A stretch of DNA of 64,000 nt, taken from positions 186,001-250,000 of IMG/VR virus record IMGVR_UViG_3300020442_000005; one strand, written 5' to 3'. Positions 9,128 to 19,119 of this stretch are shown here, in pieces (the stretch's first letter is position 1; the number at the start of each line of letters is the position of its first letter). Under the pieces are notes generated by a model that did not search any database, was not told the origin of the DNA, and saw only the letters and a program-made list of their open reading frames with translations. A program made the position numbers and the translations under genes.

Positions 9128-9898
9128 ATGAAAAACAGAAGATTAGCCGAACTTGCAGGATTGATTCATCGATCAACCACTGAAGAGCTTAAGCCTTTAA
9201 ATGAATCCGCTCGACTCCTTCTAGAAGAAGAGGAAGAAGGCGGTGGTGATGACGAAGGCGGAGGAGAGGGCCTAGATCTATTTGGTGGCGAAGGCGGCGA
9301 CGATGCTGGAGATGATGCTGGCGGAGATGAAGCCGGCGATGAGGGCGATGAAGAAAAAGGCGATGAAGATGCCGAAGAGGAAGCCGAACCAGAAGTTGAG
9401 CCGGCTGAAACTCTTAAAACAAAAGACATCGCAAAGTATGGTCCCGGTGAAATAGACAAAGAAATCGATTCCGTAATAACTAATATATTCTCGGATTCAA
9501 CAATGCGTGCAAAAGTTCAATCGAAAACTTCGTTAGGTTATCCTGGCGCCGCAGAGCTTGATCTGGAAGAATCCTTTAGCAAATCCATGAAAAATAAATC
9601 ACTTGCCTTTCTGATGGAGGATTCAAAAGAACCTGCATATGAGCAGATTGATATTGGTCATTTTACATCTGAGGTTGCACGCTATATAAATAATTACCAG
9701 AACCTATTGGATATTGAAGGTATGTTATTTAATAAAGCAAGACAATTTTTGTTGAACCAAATCGGAAAAGAAGCCGAAGGTGAGTTTGTTGAATTGCTGG
9801 CTACAAAGTTTGGTTTGGATTTTAAAGAAGACTTTACCGAAACTAGTCCCGCATTCAACCCTACGGCAGTTGGTGCCAGCGCAGCCGCGGGAGCATAA
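9128..9898 (+). CDS. acidic hypothetical protein with N-terminal RRLAELAGL motif
   Basis: ORF with GGAG RBS; E/G/D low-complexity tract. Confidence 0.7.
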   Translation: MKNRRLAELAGLIHRSTTEELKPLNESARLLLEEEEEGGGDDEGGGEGLDLFGGEGGDDAGDDAGGDEAGDEGDEEKGDEDAEEEAEPEVEPAETLKTKDIAKYGPGEIDKEIDSVITNIFSDSTMRAKVQSKTSLGYPGAAELDLEESFSKSMKNKSLAFLMEDSKEPAYEQIDIGHFTSEVARYINNYQNLLDIEGMLFNKARQFLLNQIGKEAEGEFVELLATKFGLDFKEDFTETSPAFNPTAVGASAAAGA

Positions 9899-10188
9899 TG
9901 TCAGCTCCGAAAAAATATGATTTCACCGGTCGGAAAAGCGTACATATTCATATCATGAAATCTCAGCATGCTGAATTTCGTTCTCGGGTAATGTTGGCTG
10001 GATTAACCATGCAAGACGTTTTAGAGGAATGCGCAATCCGGATTGCTGAAGGTGATTCATATATGGAGAAGTTAATAAATGATGTCATTGATAAAAAAGC
10101 TAAAGGCGAGCTTCAAGTTGCTAAAGCAGAAATTGAGTCTATCTACGAAGCAATTAAGTCAGCAAGAGACGACGAAGATACAGAATAG
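9898..10188 (+). CDS. hypothetical protein (possibly ribbon-helix-helix-like)
   Basis: TAATG coupling; KSVHIHI followed by helices. Confidence 0.55.
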   Translation: MSAPKKYDFTGRKSVHIHIMKSQHAEFRSRVMLAGLTMQDVLEECAIRIAEGDSYMEKLINDVIDKKAKGELQVAKAEIESIYEAIKSARDDEDTE

Positions 10189-10414
10189 ATTAGACGCATT
10201 AGAGAGCGAAAATAAGGAACTAGCACGTGCTCTTGAGGTTGTTACTAAATCGTTAATCTTGACGGCAAACAGCTTAGAAGAAATTGCGTTTGTTCAAAAG
10301 AAACACTTGATAGAAACTGAAGCGCTCATGATCGTAATAGAAGATCTAAATTCCTTGCTTAATCCAAAAAATAACCTTCTCAAATACGACTTACTCAACG
10401 AGCCACATAATTAA
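10079..10414 (+). CDS. coiled-coil hypothetical protein (start uncertain)
   Basis: ORF fills the gap before a promoter; heptad-like sequence. Confidence 0.5.
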   Translation: MMSLIKKLKASFKLLKQKLSLSTKQLSQQETTKIQNRLDALESENKELARALEVVTKSLILTANSLEEIAFVQKKHLIETEALMIVIEDLNSLLNPKNNLLKYDLLNEPHN

Positions 10415-10449
10415 TACTGTGGTCAAACCACGTTAATTGTAAACATCGT

Positions 10450-10734
10450 TTGAGGTATTGTATAATGTCAATAGAAGAAATTAAAGCAGCTGTGCAGAAC
10501 ATGCCGGCTGAAAAAGTAGATAAGTTAAAGAAAGATTTATATCTTGAAAGCAAATCAAAAGGTGTTTTAGATGCCGTACAGGAAAAGGTTATTTCTAGAA
10601 AGCTCCTTGTTTTTGCAGCTGCCACCACATTATTTATCTGGTCAGGCTTAGATGCAGATATTTGGGGTATGATTGCAATGTGCTACATCGGTGGACAGTC
10701 AGCAATCGATTTTGCAAAAATTTGGAAAGCATAA
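10450..10734 (+). CDS. small two-TM membrane protein, holin-like (start uncertain)
   Basis: SRKLLVFAAATTLFIW and IWGMIAMCYIGGQ hydrophobic segments. Confidence 0.5.
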   Translation: MRYCIMSIEEIKAAVQNMPAEKVDKLKKDLYLESKSKGVLDAVQEKVISRKLLVFAAATTLFIWSGLDADIWGMIAMCYIGGQSAIDFAKIWKA

Positions 10735-10747
10735 ACCAGGAGAAATT

Positions 10748-11155
10748 GTGTTTGCTGTTTTATTATTTATTGGATTAGCTTTTGCTGATGATATTGTAAC
10801 CATTCGTAAAGGCGAAAAAGCTCCATTTGATGGTACTTTACTTTCTCCAAATGCCGCGGCAAAGATTATCACCGAAACAGATTACACACTTGAAAAGTGT
10901 TTGATCGATGCCAGACGTGAAAAATCATTGCTTGAAGCTAAACTTACACTAGAAAGAAAAAATGTTGAATCTGAGCTAGCTGCCTGCACATTAAAGTACA
11001 CTGAAATGCAAAAACTCTACGAACAGCAGATCGATTACTTGGAAAAACGATCATCGCTTCCTCAATGGCAAACTCCAGCATATTTCACCGGCGGTGTTGT
11101 TGTGGGCGCCGCTTTGGTTTATGGATCTAGCTTAATTTTAAAAAACATTCAATAG
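10748..11155 (+). CDS. exported coiled-coil protein with C-terminal TM segment
   Basis: AGGAG then GTG start; signal peptide ending AFA; C-terminal FTGGVVVGAALVYG. Confidence 0.55.
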   Translation: MFAVLLFIGLAFADDIVTIRKGEKAPFDGTLLSPNAAAKIITETDYTLEKCLIDARREKSLLEAKLTLERKNVESELAACTLKYTEMQKLYEQQIDYLEKRSSLPQWQTPAYFTGGVVVGAALVYGSSLILKNIQ

Positions 11156-11165
11156 GTAAAAGATT

Positions 11166-12263
11166 ATGAGCACTACAGACGACAAATTGGTTGGATATTT
11201 TGATACAGATGAGCCCGACTTGCCAATCGATGCGGCAGAACATACAAGCAGCCAGATATCTGTAGTTGCGCCTCCGATTGAAGATGAAAAGTACGTGCCG
11301 GCAACACCGAAAGAGTTAGGGGTTGCTGTTCAAGCCATAGCCGAGAAAGTACCTGCTGGCCAAGTGGAAAGATTTTATAAAGAAGCGCTTGACTTATTAG
11401 AGGATTGCGTCAATAAATCGAAAGATGTACCTGAAAATCTTTATCTAGCGGACGAGGAACCAATAAAAAGACCAATTATTGTGCAAAAAGAATCAAAAAA
11501 ACGTGTGAACAGACGTCTAGTTGATTATATTATATATGAACGTAGCAAAAAAGGAGTTCATATGTTAAATGAAACTAGTAAAAAAAGAAACCCAGTCGAA
11601 GACGAATATGATTTCGACGATGATGTCGAGTTCCACCCGGATGCAGATGACTTGATTGCATTTATGGAGGAAACCGGTGAGGAAGATGCTGCCAATGTGT
11701 ACGGCGCCACAGCGGCTGCAGCCGAAGAGGCAAATGCAGAGTTCTCACTAACAGACGTCCTCAAATCAAGGGTTTTCCCAAAGGCCGGCCGTGAAAGTGC
11801 AATTCATAACAAGATTGAAAGAGACATGTTTCAAACGTTGAGAATTGTTGATTCAGCTCCACAAGTATCACACAGGCTTACAAGTCTCATTCAGTCTCAA
11901 TATGGATACGACGCGTTTCTTGATTCAATGTATCATGCGGATTTGTTATCAGATGAATCTCTCGCAGAGCTTGAAGCCAACCCAGAGTCTATTGGACAAT
12001 CGTCTTTGTACAAGTATTTTACTAGCATTGCATTTGTTCGCCCAACCATCAAAGAGCTAGAAAAAATGGCTGAGCTTGGTCCGGATGTTTTTGATTTTAA
12101 GCGAAGAAAATCTCAGATATCACCATCCGATGCGAATCGTATAATCAAGGCCGTAAAAGATGCATGGTCTCGGAAATCTGCTAGCCAGAGATCAAACATC
12201 GCTCGTAAGGCAGCAACAAACATGACCGAATTTGAAAATCGTGACAAATCAGTTATGGGATAA
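11166..12263 (+). CDS. hypothetical protein
   Basis: 365-aa ORF in operon. Confidence 0.7.
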   Translation: MSTTDDKLVGYFDTDEPDLPIDAAEHTSSQISVVAPPIEDEKYVPATPKELGVAVQAIAEKVPAGQVERFYKEALDLLEDCVNKSKDVPENLYLADEEPIKRPIIVQKESKKRVNRRLVDYIIYERSKKGVHMLNETSKKRNPVEDEYDFDDDVEFHPDADDLIAFMEETGEEDAANVYGATAAAAEEANAEFSLTDVLKSRVFPKAGRESAIHNKIERDMFQTLRIVDSAPQVSHRLTSLIQSQYGYDAFLDSMYHADLLSDESLAELEANPESIGQSSLYKYFTSIAFVRPTIKELEKMAELGPDVFDFKRRKSQISPSDANRIIKAVKDAWSRKSASQRSNIARKAATNMTEFENRDKSVMG

Positions 12264-12624
12264 AAACAAAATGAAGATGGCAGATTTAATGAGTGGTTAT
12301 TTAGATAAAAAAGAGGCCGGAATGCTTACGGAAGCAAAGGTTAGTACATCAAGGCTTCCGGTCACTACTAAAAAATCAATTGATTGGCAAGTTAGAGACG
12401 ATCCGCCTCGATATGTCAAAAAATTTAAGTTTAAATCGCATGAAAATTTTCTAAATTTCATGATTGCAGTTTTTCAGTATGAAAATAGTGTAAAGCACAA
12501 TGCCAAAATAACTGTCGGGTACCCAGAAGTAATTTTCGAGGTTTGGACCCACACTCTCGATGAAATTACGGATATGGATAAAGAGTATTGCAGAGAGGTT
12601 GATCACATATACAGAGAGCTGTAA
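12232..12624 (+). CDS. pterin-4a-carbinolamine dehydratase-like protein (start uncertain)
   Basis: W...KKFKF...F...V......HN.KI....V...VWTH....ITDMD pattern of the PCD/DCoH family. Confidence 0.6.
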   Translation: MKIVTNQLWDKNKMKMADLMSGYLDKKEAGMLTEAKVSTSRLPVTTKKSIDWQVRDDPPRYVKKFKFKSHENFLNFMIAVFQYENSVKHNAKITVGYPEVIFEVWTHTLDEITDMDKEYCREVDHIYREL

Positions 12625-12625
12625 T

Positions 12626-12970
12626 GTGAGCAACATATACGACAGTTATCTCAGCCAAGATACGCCGGTCATCAGTTATGATGACAGGTGCATTGTTGTA
12701 TTCGATGAAAATAAATCGTTGATTGGTAAATTTAACAAAATACTTAAAAATGAAAATAATAACACTGATTTTGTTATGTTCTTTTCAATCGGAACCGGTG
12801 CTGTTTATTATTTTGGAATTAAACCCACAAAAATCATAATTAATAATGATAGCAAACAAATGATCGTAACGGCGGAAGACTTTACAGTATCATCAGTAAC
12901 GGTTGACAGAAAACACAACCAGTATGCAATGACAGTTGAGGCGAAAAATGAAAAATATACTAGGAATTAA
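12626..12970 (+). CDS. hypothetical protein
   Basis: GTG start just after the upstream stop, within ORF 12560..12970. Confidence 0.5.
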   Translation: MSNIYDSYLSQDTPVISYDDRCIVVFDENKSLIGKFNKILKNENNNTDFVMFFSIGTGAVYYFGIKPTKIIINNDSKQMIVTAEDFTVSSVTVDRKHNQYAMTVEAKNEKYTRN

Positions 12971-13580
12971 TCTTCAGGATCTTTTAAAAGAGGCTGTAAA
13001 AGAATCTGTTGGCGACATCGTTTCCTCTAAGGGAAGTGATAATGAAAAACTTAAGCAAAAACAAGCTGCGCATGCGATGAAAAGTTTCAAGGCAGCCAAA
13101 AAGTCAAAACAAGGCATCGATAAAGACGAAGACAAAACTGGAACTGCAGTTGATGAAGATGAAGATACAGCAGGTCTTATAAATAAAAAAAGCTCATCAG
13201 AAGAAACACCCGATGTTGATTTACCAGCTATTATTGATTTAATAGGTAGCATCCGTTCAGGTAGATCATTAAAAGATAAGGATGTACTAAAAGACTTTAA
13301 GATTTATTTTAAAAGACTGAATGGAAATGAACGCCTGGCTCTGTACGCCTTCTTGACCGGTATATCAAAAATCATGTTGGCGCCAGAATCTGAAGATCTT
13401 GAAAAGGTCAAGAAACCGTCATCAGACCCTTATTCTGTGCAAATGGACAGAGAAATTGAGAAGAAAAAATCAGATTCAGACAGTAAATCATCTAGCAAAA
13501 AATCTGATGATACACCTATCATGATCGGTGAGGCTCAAGACAAGACCGATATACTACGCAAACTCAGAGTTTACCGGTAA
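12948..13580 (+). CDS. hypothetical protein, probable virion protein
   Basis: N-terminal LQDLLKEAVKES helix; K/D/S-rich. Confidence 0.65.
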   Translation: MKNILGINLQDLLKEAVKESVGDIVSSKGSDNEKLKQKQAAHAMKSFKAAKKSKQGIDKDEDKTGTAVDEDEDTAGLINKKSSSEETPDVDLPAIIDLIGSIRSGRSLKDKDVLKDFKIYFKRLNGNERLALYAFLTGISKIMLAPESEDLEKVKKPSSDPYSVQMDREIEKKKSDSDSKSSSKKSDDTPIMIGEAQDKTDILRKLRVYR

Positions 13581-13584
13581 CGAT

Positions 13585-14166
13585 ATGTCCAAGTTAAGAA
13601 GAGTAATCCGAAAAATATTATTAGAAAGCATGACCAACAAAGCGTGGTCGTTCTTTAACCAGCAAGATGGTTTTGAACAAATGACTCGAAGAGAAGTGCC
13701 ATCAAAAGAATTGCTGAGTAGCAATAGAAATGTTTACTATGGCCGCTATATTTTAGACAACTGCCAAACTTTGTTTCAGATTGAAGAAACCGAGATATAC
13801 GACTTTGTTAATAATGAAGGTGTGCAGGTTGTATATATACATGGCTTGAGATCGACGCCACCGATGGAATGCCAGGGTAAAGGTATGGGAACACACGTGA
13901 TGAACAAGATTATGGAGTTCGCTGATTCTTTGGGCATGGGTGTCGCGGGAGAAGTTGTACCCTACGGATCCTCTAAAATGTCACGCGATGACATGAGAGC
14001 ATTTGACGCCAGGTTTGGTCTGTTTCCACTTGAACATTATTTACAGTTCCTCGATCCACTCGATGCAGCAGATGAGGACGTGATGTATGAAATTAACGAG
14101 TTTATTAATTCAAACACTGACATGGTGTGGAGACCAGCAAAAGGATCAATGCCGGAGCCACTATGA
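13585..14166 (+). CDS. GNAT-like acetyltransferase with leader MSKLRRVIRKILLES
   Basis: QGKGMG acetyl-CoA motif preceded by a beta strand (VYIHGL). Confidence 0.55.
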   Translation: MSKLRRVIRKILLESMTNKAWSFFNQQDGFEQMTRREVPSKELLSSNRNVYYGRYILDNCQTLFQIEETEIYDFVNNEGVQVVYIHGLRSTPPMECQGKGMGTHVMNKIMEFADSLGMGVAGEVVPYGSSKMSRDDMRAFDARFGLFPLEHYLQFLDPLDAADEDVMYEINEFINSNTDMVWRPAKGSMPEPL

Positions 14167-14417
14167 AAACACTACGAGAAACAATACGAAGAATCATACT
14201 CGAGACGAAGTCACACCGATGTTTGAGCGGCAAATTGGTTGATAAAGACAGTATGGAATGTTATAACGATGTTTGCATGCGTATCGAAGATATGACCTAC
14301 GAGCGTGATTTAAACAACAGAGGTACAGCAAATCGAGCTTATTACAATGGCGTTCTTTCAGATTTGCGCAAAAGAAGACGCCGCCTAGAAAAATTACATG
14401 GGATAAACAAAAGATAA
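14163..14417 (+). CDS. hypothetical protein with leader MKTLRETIRRIILET
   Basis: ATGA overlap with the upstream stop. Confidence 0.65.
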   Translation: MKTLRETIRRIILETKSHRCLSGKLVDKDSMECYNDVCMRIEDMTYERDLNNRGTANRAYYNGVLSDLRKRRRRLEKLHGINKR

Positions 14418-14479
14418 CATATAATTATAATGTAGATCCGCTAGGACATTATTAACTAAAACTAAATAGGAAACAAAAA

Positions 14480-15742
14480 ATGAGAGATTTAAATTATCTG
14501 CGAAAACTCGTGATGGAGACTATTGAAGAAGATGTCAGAAAGTCTTCTAGAAATAGAAAGAGACTTTCAGAATCATCGAAGGAAAAGTTACATAAAAGAA
14601 AATTGGCCGAGGGTCTAAGAAAAGCAAAATTGCTTTTAGAAGAGGAGCAAGATGTTCCTACTGAAGTAGCTGCATCTGAAGGCGAAGGTGAAGGCGGCGG
14701 GACATCGGTTGAAAGTCTGACGACAGCTACCGACATTAATAAAGTAGATGCAAAATCACTTGCGGCCGCAATCTTCGGTGGGTCCGGTGCTGAAACGGTT
14801 TTGCAAGCAATGAAAGATGTTACAAAAGGCAAAGAGAAAGATTGGGCGACTGGCGCACTTAAAGGTAATGGCGTTACTGATGTTGACTCTATGAAGACCG
14901 CTGCTGAACAGATTTTCGGTTCGCAAGATGAGCTTGAAACGCGGATCAAAGATCTTAGCGGAATGGTAAATAATGCTACGGGATTTGCAAAGCCGGAAAT
15001 GCCAGCGTTCGAAAAAAATGATTTCGACGCAATTGCCGATGCGTTAGATGCAACCGATGGTGGCGACATGGCAGTCGACTTTGAAGCTGACTACAAAGAC
15101 GGTATAGAAGGTTTTGCAGACTACAAAAAGAGACTGGAAACAGGTGAAGGGCCATCCGGCAATCAAATGAGAAGAAAGTCCAGCACTCTTACTGATGCAG
15201 ATGAAAAAGAAGTAAAAAATGAAAGTGTATCTAGATGGGCAAAGCTTGCCGGCTTGCCGCTTCTCACTGAAATTAATAATGATCCGCGGTTTCCGTTTTC
15301 GGGAGCTGGTGAAGTTATGCCCGGCGCAAAAAATCGTAAAGATTCCAAATCAGCAAATTACGATCACTCAACAGCTTCTGGCTCTGCGAAGCAGTTTTTG
15401 GAAAAAGGCGAAGGTACTGGAGACCAGACGAAGGTAGAAAGAGCTCAAAACGCAAAAAATGCTAATCTTAAACCTACGCAAACAAACGTTAAAGCTGCAA
15501 AATCATTGCTTTTCGCTTTTTGCAATTCTGGATTAGACTTTGATGGCGCATACGCAGATCAAGAAGGCCACATACTTGATGGTCACCATCGCTGGTCCGG
15601 ACAGTATTTAAGAACGAAAGGTGAGGCAGAGCATACAAACTTGCACATCATTCACCGACCCGAAGGACAGGATGTACCAACTTTCCTAACGATGTTAACG
15701 GCTATTGGTCAAGCACTCGGACGTCCAACAAAACTCAAGTAA
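14480..15742 (+). CDS. protein with C-terminal ParB/Srx-like domain
   Basis: LKPTQ...ILDGHHRW; N-terminal LRKLVMETIEE; internal RWAKLAGL. Confidence 0.6.
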   Translation: MRDLNYLRKLVMETIEEDVRKSSRNRKRLSESSKEKLHKRKLAEGLRKAKLLLEEEQDVPTEVAASEGEGEGGGTSVESLTTATDINKVDAKSLAAAIFGGSGAETVLQAMKDVTKGKEKDWATGALKGNGVTDVDSMKTAAEQIFGSQDELETRIKDLSGMVNNATGFAKPEMPAFEKNDFDAIADALDATDGGDMAVDFEADYKDGIEGFADYKKRLETGEGPSGNQMRRKSSTLTDADEKEVKNESVSRWAKLAGLPLLTEINNDPRFPFSGAGEVMPGAKNRKDSKSANYDHSTASGSAKQFLEKGEGTGDQTKVERAQNAKNANLKPTQTNVKAAKSLLFAFCNSGLDFDGAYADQEGHILDGHHRWSGQYLRTKGEAEHTNLHIIHRPEGQDVPTFLTMLTAIGQALGRPTKLK

Positions 15743-15764
15743 TTAGCTTTACCGCGGTAAGAAT

Positions 15765-15790
15765 AAAAGAGGAGCATGCTCCTCTTTTTT
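15765..15790. terminator. intrinsic terminator (possibly bidirectional)
   Basis: aaaagaggag-catg-ctcctctttt followed by T run. Confidence 0.8.
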
Positions 15791-15854
15791 AATTTACTGT
15801 ATATATTCGTGTTTACGGGTATAATTATACTCAGAGACTTGGAGATTTTATTTT

Positions 15855-17060
15855 ATGGTAAAAATTATTAATGAGGCTATATTCAGCGCTATAGCAAACG
15901 CCTTAGGCGCTGGAAACCTGTGGACTGTTCTTAAAGGGAGATTTTTGCAGATGATCCGTGGCTGGACTGCAATTGCGGATATCTGGAAAGCTGAAACGCA
16001 GGAAGAGCTAGATAAAGCATGGGCATCATACAACGATGACATTGAACAAATTAAGGGCCGATACAGACAGGCTGAAACAGAATTTGCCAAAAACAATTCT
16101 GTTATTAATAGTTCCTTTGGTGACCATTTAATTTTTATGCATCCTGCACTGGCAATGACAACTGCCTTGTTTGAGCCATTGATGGATCAGACCTATAGAC
16201 AGGATACCCGGGCATTGCTTGCATACACTGGAATTGATCGATGGGGACTAACGCCAGACTTTATATCCACTTGGATTGATGAACAGCCAGATGAAGAGAG
16301 AAGACTTACTCGAACAACCACGACTGATTCCAAGGGTGTAACAACAACATCAGATACTTTTGTGGTTGTGCCAAAAAACAAAAAAGACAAGGTAAGCCAA
16401 ATCATGTCTTTATTTCTAGCGGAAGACAATAAGGCTGGTAAACCGTTATTGAATGAAAACTTTTCGAAGAAAGACGCAAAAAAGTTAGCAGTGACTATTT
16501 CTAAAGCTTACGAGTCTGAAGGCGTTTTTGCGGAAATGCAAGCCATCGCAGAAAAGATTCTCGAGAGTAAACAAACACTTATTGCAGAAGTGGTGACACC
16601 ATCAGCTCAAACTCTAAAACTCTTATCTGATCTGTTATCAGCACCAAGCCCAGAAGAGTTTATACAGATCATGACTAACATTGCAAAAATTAATCCAAAA
16701 TTATCTGATATGAAACCTGGGGACTTTGCTAGTCAAATCGATGGTTCGATTGAACAAATCAAAAACGATGAAAATATTTTGCAGGACATTAAAAACCAAC
16801 TAAAGGTAGAAGAAGTGGATGATAATATATTGAGATCCATGGTTTTTGAATCGGCAAGAAACAATTTTGCAGCTGCCACGTTAGATTCCTTGGAGTCTAT
16901 ATATGAGAATACCATAGAGCTGCTTATGGAGGGAGTAACAGAGAAAGGGCTAAAGGCAATGAAGAGTACTGAAGTTGGGAAGACTTACGCTAATCTTATT
17001 GAAAATAATATACAAATACTTGAAGACGCGATAAAATCACTTGAAACATTAGAACAGTAA
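15855..17060 (+). CDS. hypothetical protein
   Basis: 401-aa ORF with own promoter and GGAG RBS. Confidence 0.75.
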   Translation: MVKIINEAIFSAIANALGAGNLWTVLKGRFLQMIRGWTAIADIWKAETQEELDKAWASYNDDIEQIKGRYRQAETEFAKNNSVINSSFGDHLIFMHPALAMTTALFEPLMDQTYRQDTRALLAYTGIDRWGLTPDFISTWIDEQPDEERRLTRTTTTDSKGVTTTSDTFVVVPKNKKDKVSQIMSLFLAEDNKAGKPLLNENFSKKDAKKLAVTISKAYESEGVFAEMQAIAEKILESKQTLIAEVVTPSAQTLKLLSDLLSAPSPEEFIQIMTNIAKINPKLSDMKPGDFASQIDGSIEQIKNDENILQDIKNQLKVEEVDDNILRSMVFESARNNFAAATLDSLESIYENTIELLMEGVTEKGLKAMKSTEVGKTYANLIENNIQILEDAIKSLETLEQ

Positions 17061-17074
17061 ACAAGGAGTTCTTC

Positions 17075-17464
17075 ATGCCAACCAAATCAAAAAGAAAATG
17101 GGTACCTGAAATTTGTTACGAGGAATACGACGAAGACGGATTGACAGGTGGACTGCCATTTATTCAAGTTCCTTCAACCCACGAAACACCTGATATTTTA
17201 TTCATGTTTGCCAGCAAGGAATCTGGTGAAATGACAATCGGTGATGACGGTGAGCCCGAGCCAATAGTCGAAATGGAACTTAATCAATACGCGTGTATGA
17301 AATATTTACAAGAGGGTCTAAGTGAAGAGGACTATGACAAAGTCCGCATATGCTTAGGATTGTTACCTCTTAACGAAGCGAGAGAAAAGGGTAAGCAAAA
17401 CAACGTTGGCAAGTTTGTTGAAACAATCAAAACTCAAATACAAGAAACAAAAGAAAGTTTATAA
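17075..17464 (+). CDS. hypothetical acidic protein
   Basis: AAGGAG RBS. Confidence 0.7.
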   Translation: MPTKSKRKWVPEICYEEYDEDGLTGGLPFIQVPSTHETPDILFMFASKESGEMTIGDDGEPEPIVEMELNQYACMKYLQEGLSEEDYDKVRICLGLLPLNEAREKGKQNNVGKFVETIKTQIQETKESL

Positions 17465-17470
17465 AAAAAG

Positions 17471-17502
17471 TGTAAAACTGCCTCTGCAAGATTATAATAT
17501 AG
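17471..17502 (+). promoter_or_regulatory. promoter TGTAAAA-N15-TATAATATA
   Basis: Instance of the recurrent TGT-N19-TAWAWTATA motif upstream of 17527. Confidence 0.65.
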
Positions 17503-17526
17503 ACGTCCAATAACTCAGGAGAGAAT

Positions 17527-18309
17527 ATGGAATGCTATATCACAAAAGCACAGGCAGAACAAACTTGCAAAAAATTGCGTGACTTCTATTTGGGGCTCAA
17601 AAAATATTATGCTGACAATGGCCTAGACATCGAGTCAAACCGTGGTCGCCGAAACATTTTAATGTCAGAACCAATGGAAGTTTTCTTGGCTGATGAATTA
17701 TTAAAAGTTTTTCATCAAGTAGAAGCCGACGGTCGGACAGGTAAGGCTGACATTTGCATCACAAATAAAGATGGATCTCAGAGAGAGCTTGAATGCAAAT
17801 TAACCTCGCCACATGCTAGTTCCGGATCAATAGCGTTCCAGACAGATTATGAAACCCTAGAGAAAAAAGGAAAGCTGGACTATGTATACATCATAGCTGA
17901 CGCATCATTTGACAAGTTTTGTTTTATCTATTTTAAAGACTTAGAATTGTCAGACTTTAGAGGATTGTCTCCTGGTGCTCGCGGAAAGGTACAGATGTTC
18001 AAACACAAGGGTATGAAGAAAGCAACCGTATTGCATGGAAGCTATACCGATTTGAAAGAAGTGGCAATCAACAATCTAGAGAAAGAGTTGCAAGACATGA
18101 TTTCTGAAGGTCGAGAAAAATTGCAATCTATAGAAACCAGGATTGAGTGTTTACAACCAACGCAAAACTATGAAAGAAAAAAATTGATGGCAAGTTATAA
18201 GCACAACAAAGAAACCTTTTCTAAAAGAATAAACAAACTCAACGAAAGAATTATAATAAAGAGGACTACAAATAGTTCATACTCATTTCATTGTGGAGAT
18301 CTAAAATGA
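17527..18309 (+). CDS. putative PD-(D/E)xK endonuclease
   Basis: E-bearing helix (EPMEVF), then GKADI....RELECKLT. Confidence 0.45.
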   Translation: MECYITKAQAEQTCKKLRDFYLGLKKYYADNGLDIESNRGRRNILMSEPMEVFLADELLKVFHQVEADGRTGKADICITNKDGSQRELECKLTSPHASSGSIAFQTDYETLEKKGKLDYVYIIADASFDKFCFIYFKDLELSDFRGLSPGARGKVQMFKHKGMKKATVLHGSYTDLKEVAINNLEKELQDMISEGREKLQSIETRIECLQPTQNYERKKLMASYKHNKETFSKRINKLNERIIIKRTTNSSYSFHCGDLK

Positions 18310-18494
18310 AATTACATCAAACATTAGTCGATAAATTAATTGTTCTATTCGAAGTTAACTCCGGTTGGCCCGAACAACGAAAGTTAAAAGAGGCTTTGGC
18401 TCGCTTGGACGTCACCGTGTACAAGCAGAAGAACGGCACAGAGGTACTCGTATCAACAAAGCAGCTGCAAGAAAACTTAAATAAGAAGGAGTGA
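18306..18494 (+). CDS. hypothetical protein
   Basis: Overlapping start; in operon. Confidence 0.55.
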   Translation: MKLHQTLVDKLIVLFEVNSGWPEQRKLKEALARLDVTVYKQKNGTEVLVSTKQLQENLNKKE

Positions 18495-18499
18495 ACTAA

Positions 18500-18922
18500 A
18501 TGTATAATGTTGGTGATATACTTTGGATAATCTCACAAGACAAACCTGGAGTTTTGCCTTATCGCATTATTGAAGAAGTTACTAAAAAAACTCTTGATGG
18601 CAGCTCAACTCAATACGTTATCGAAACTCCAGGCAAAAATCGACCGAGATTGCTAAGAGATGATGATGACGTATACCGGTCTATTGAATCTGTTAAATCA
18701 CAGTTGTTAAGCCGAGCCGAGAACGCCATTGATAAAATGTTAGATATAGGTACAAAACAGATATCGATATGGTCAGCAGACTTAGAAACGATCGAAAATA
18801 CAGCTAAAGAAGATACAGAAGAAAACAATGCAGAGTTGAAAGACAACACAATCGGCGAAGAGATGGTTACTTTGCCTGATGGACAAAAAGTTAAAATTAA
18901 TTTTAAAGGAGACATACCATGA
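18500..18922 (+). CDS. hypothetical protein
   Basis: AAGGAG RBS; YNVGD SH3-like start. Confidence 0.65.
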   Translation: MYNVGDILWIISQDKPGVLPYRIIEEVTKKTLDGSSTQYVIETPGKNRPRLLRDDDDVYRSIESVKSQLLSRAENAIDKMLDIGTKQISIWSADLETIENTAKEDTEENNAELKDNTIGEEMVTLPDGQKVKINFKGDIP

Positions 18923-19116
18923 GTAACAACGTATTAAACGATAACCAGCTCGCAGAATTGCGCGGCAAAGGTGTCATCACTGACCAGGAAATAGCAATTT
19001 TGGAAGGCGATATTTTAGTAGCTAAAAATGTCGTAACTGAGGAAAGACGGATTATTGGAAACTCTTCTGATTTAATTTCCGAAGGAAACGATAACAAAAG
19101 AATCCTCAAAGGGTAA
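18919..19116 (+). CDS. hypothetical protein
   Basis: AGGAG RBS; ATGA overlap. Confidence 0.6.
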   Translation: MSNNVLNDNQLAELRGKGVITDQEIAILEGDILVAKNVVTEERRIIGNSSDLISEGNDNKRILKG

Positions 19117-19119
19117 ACA

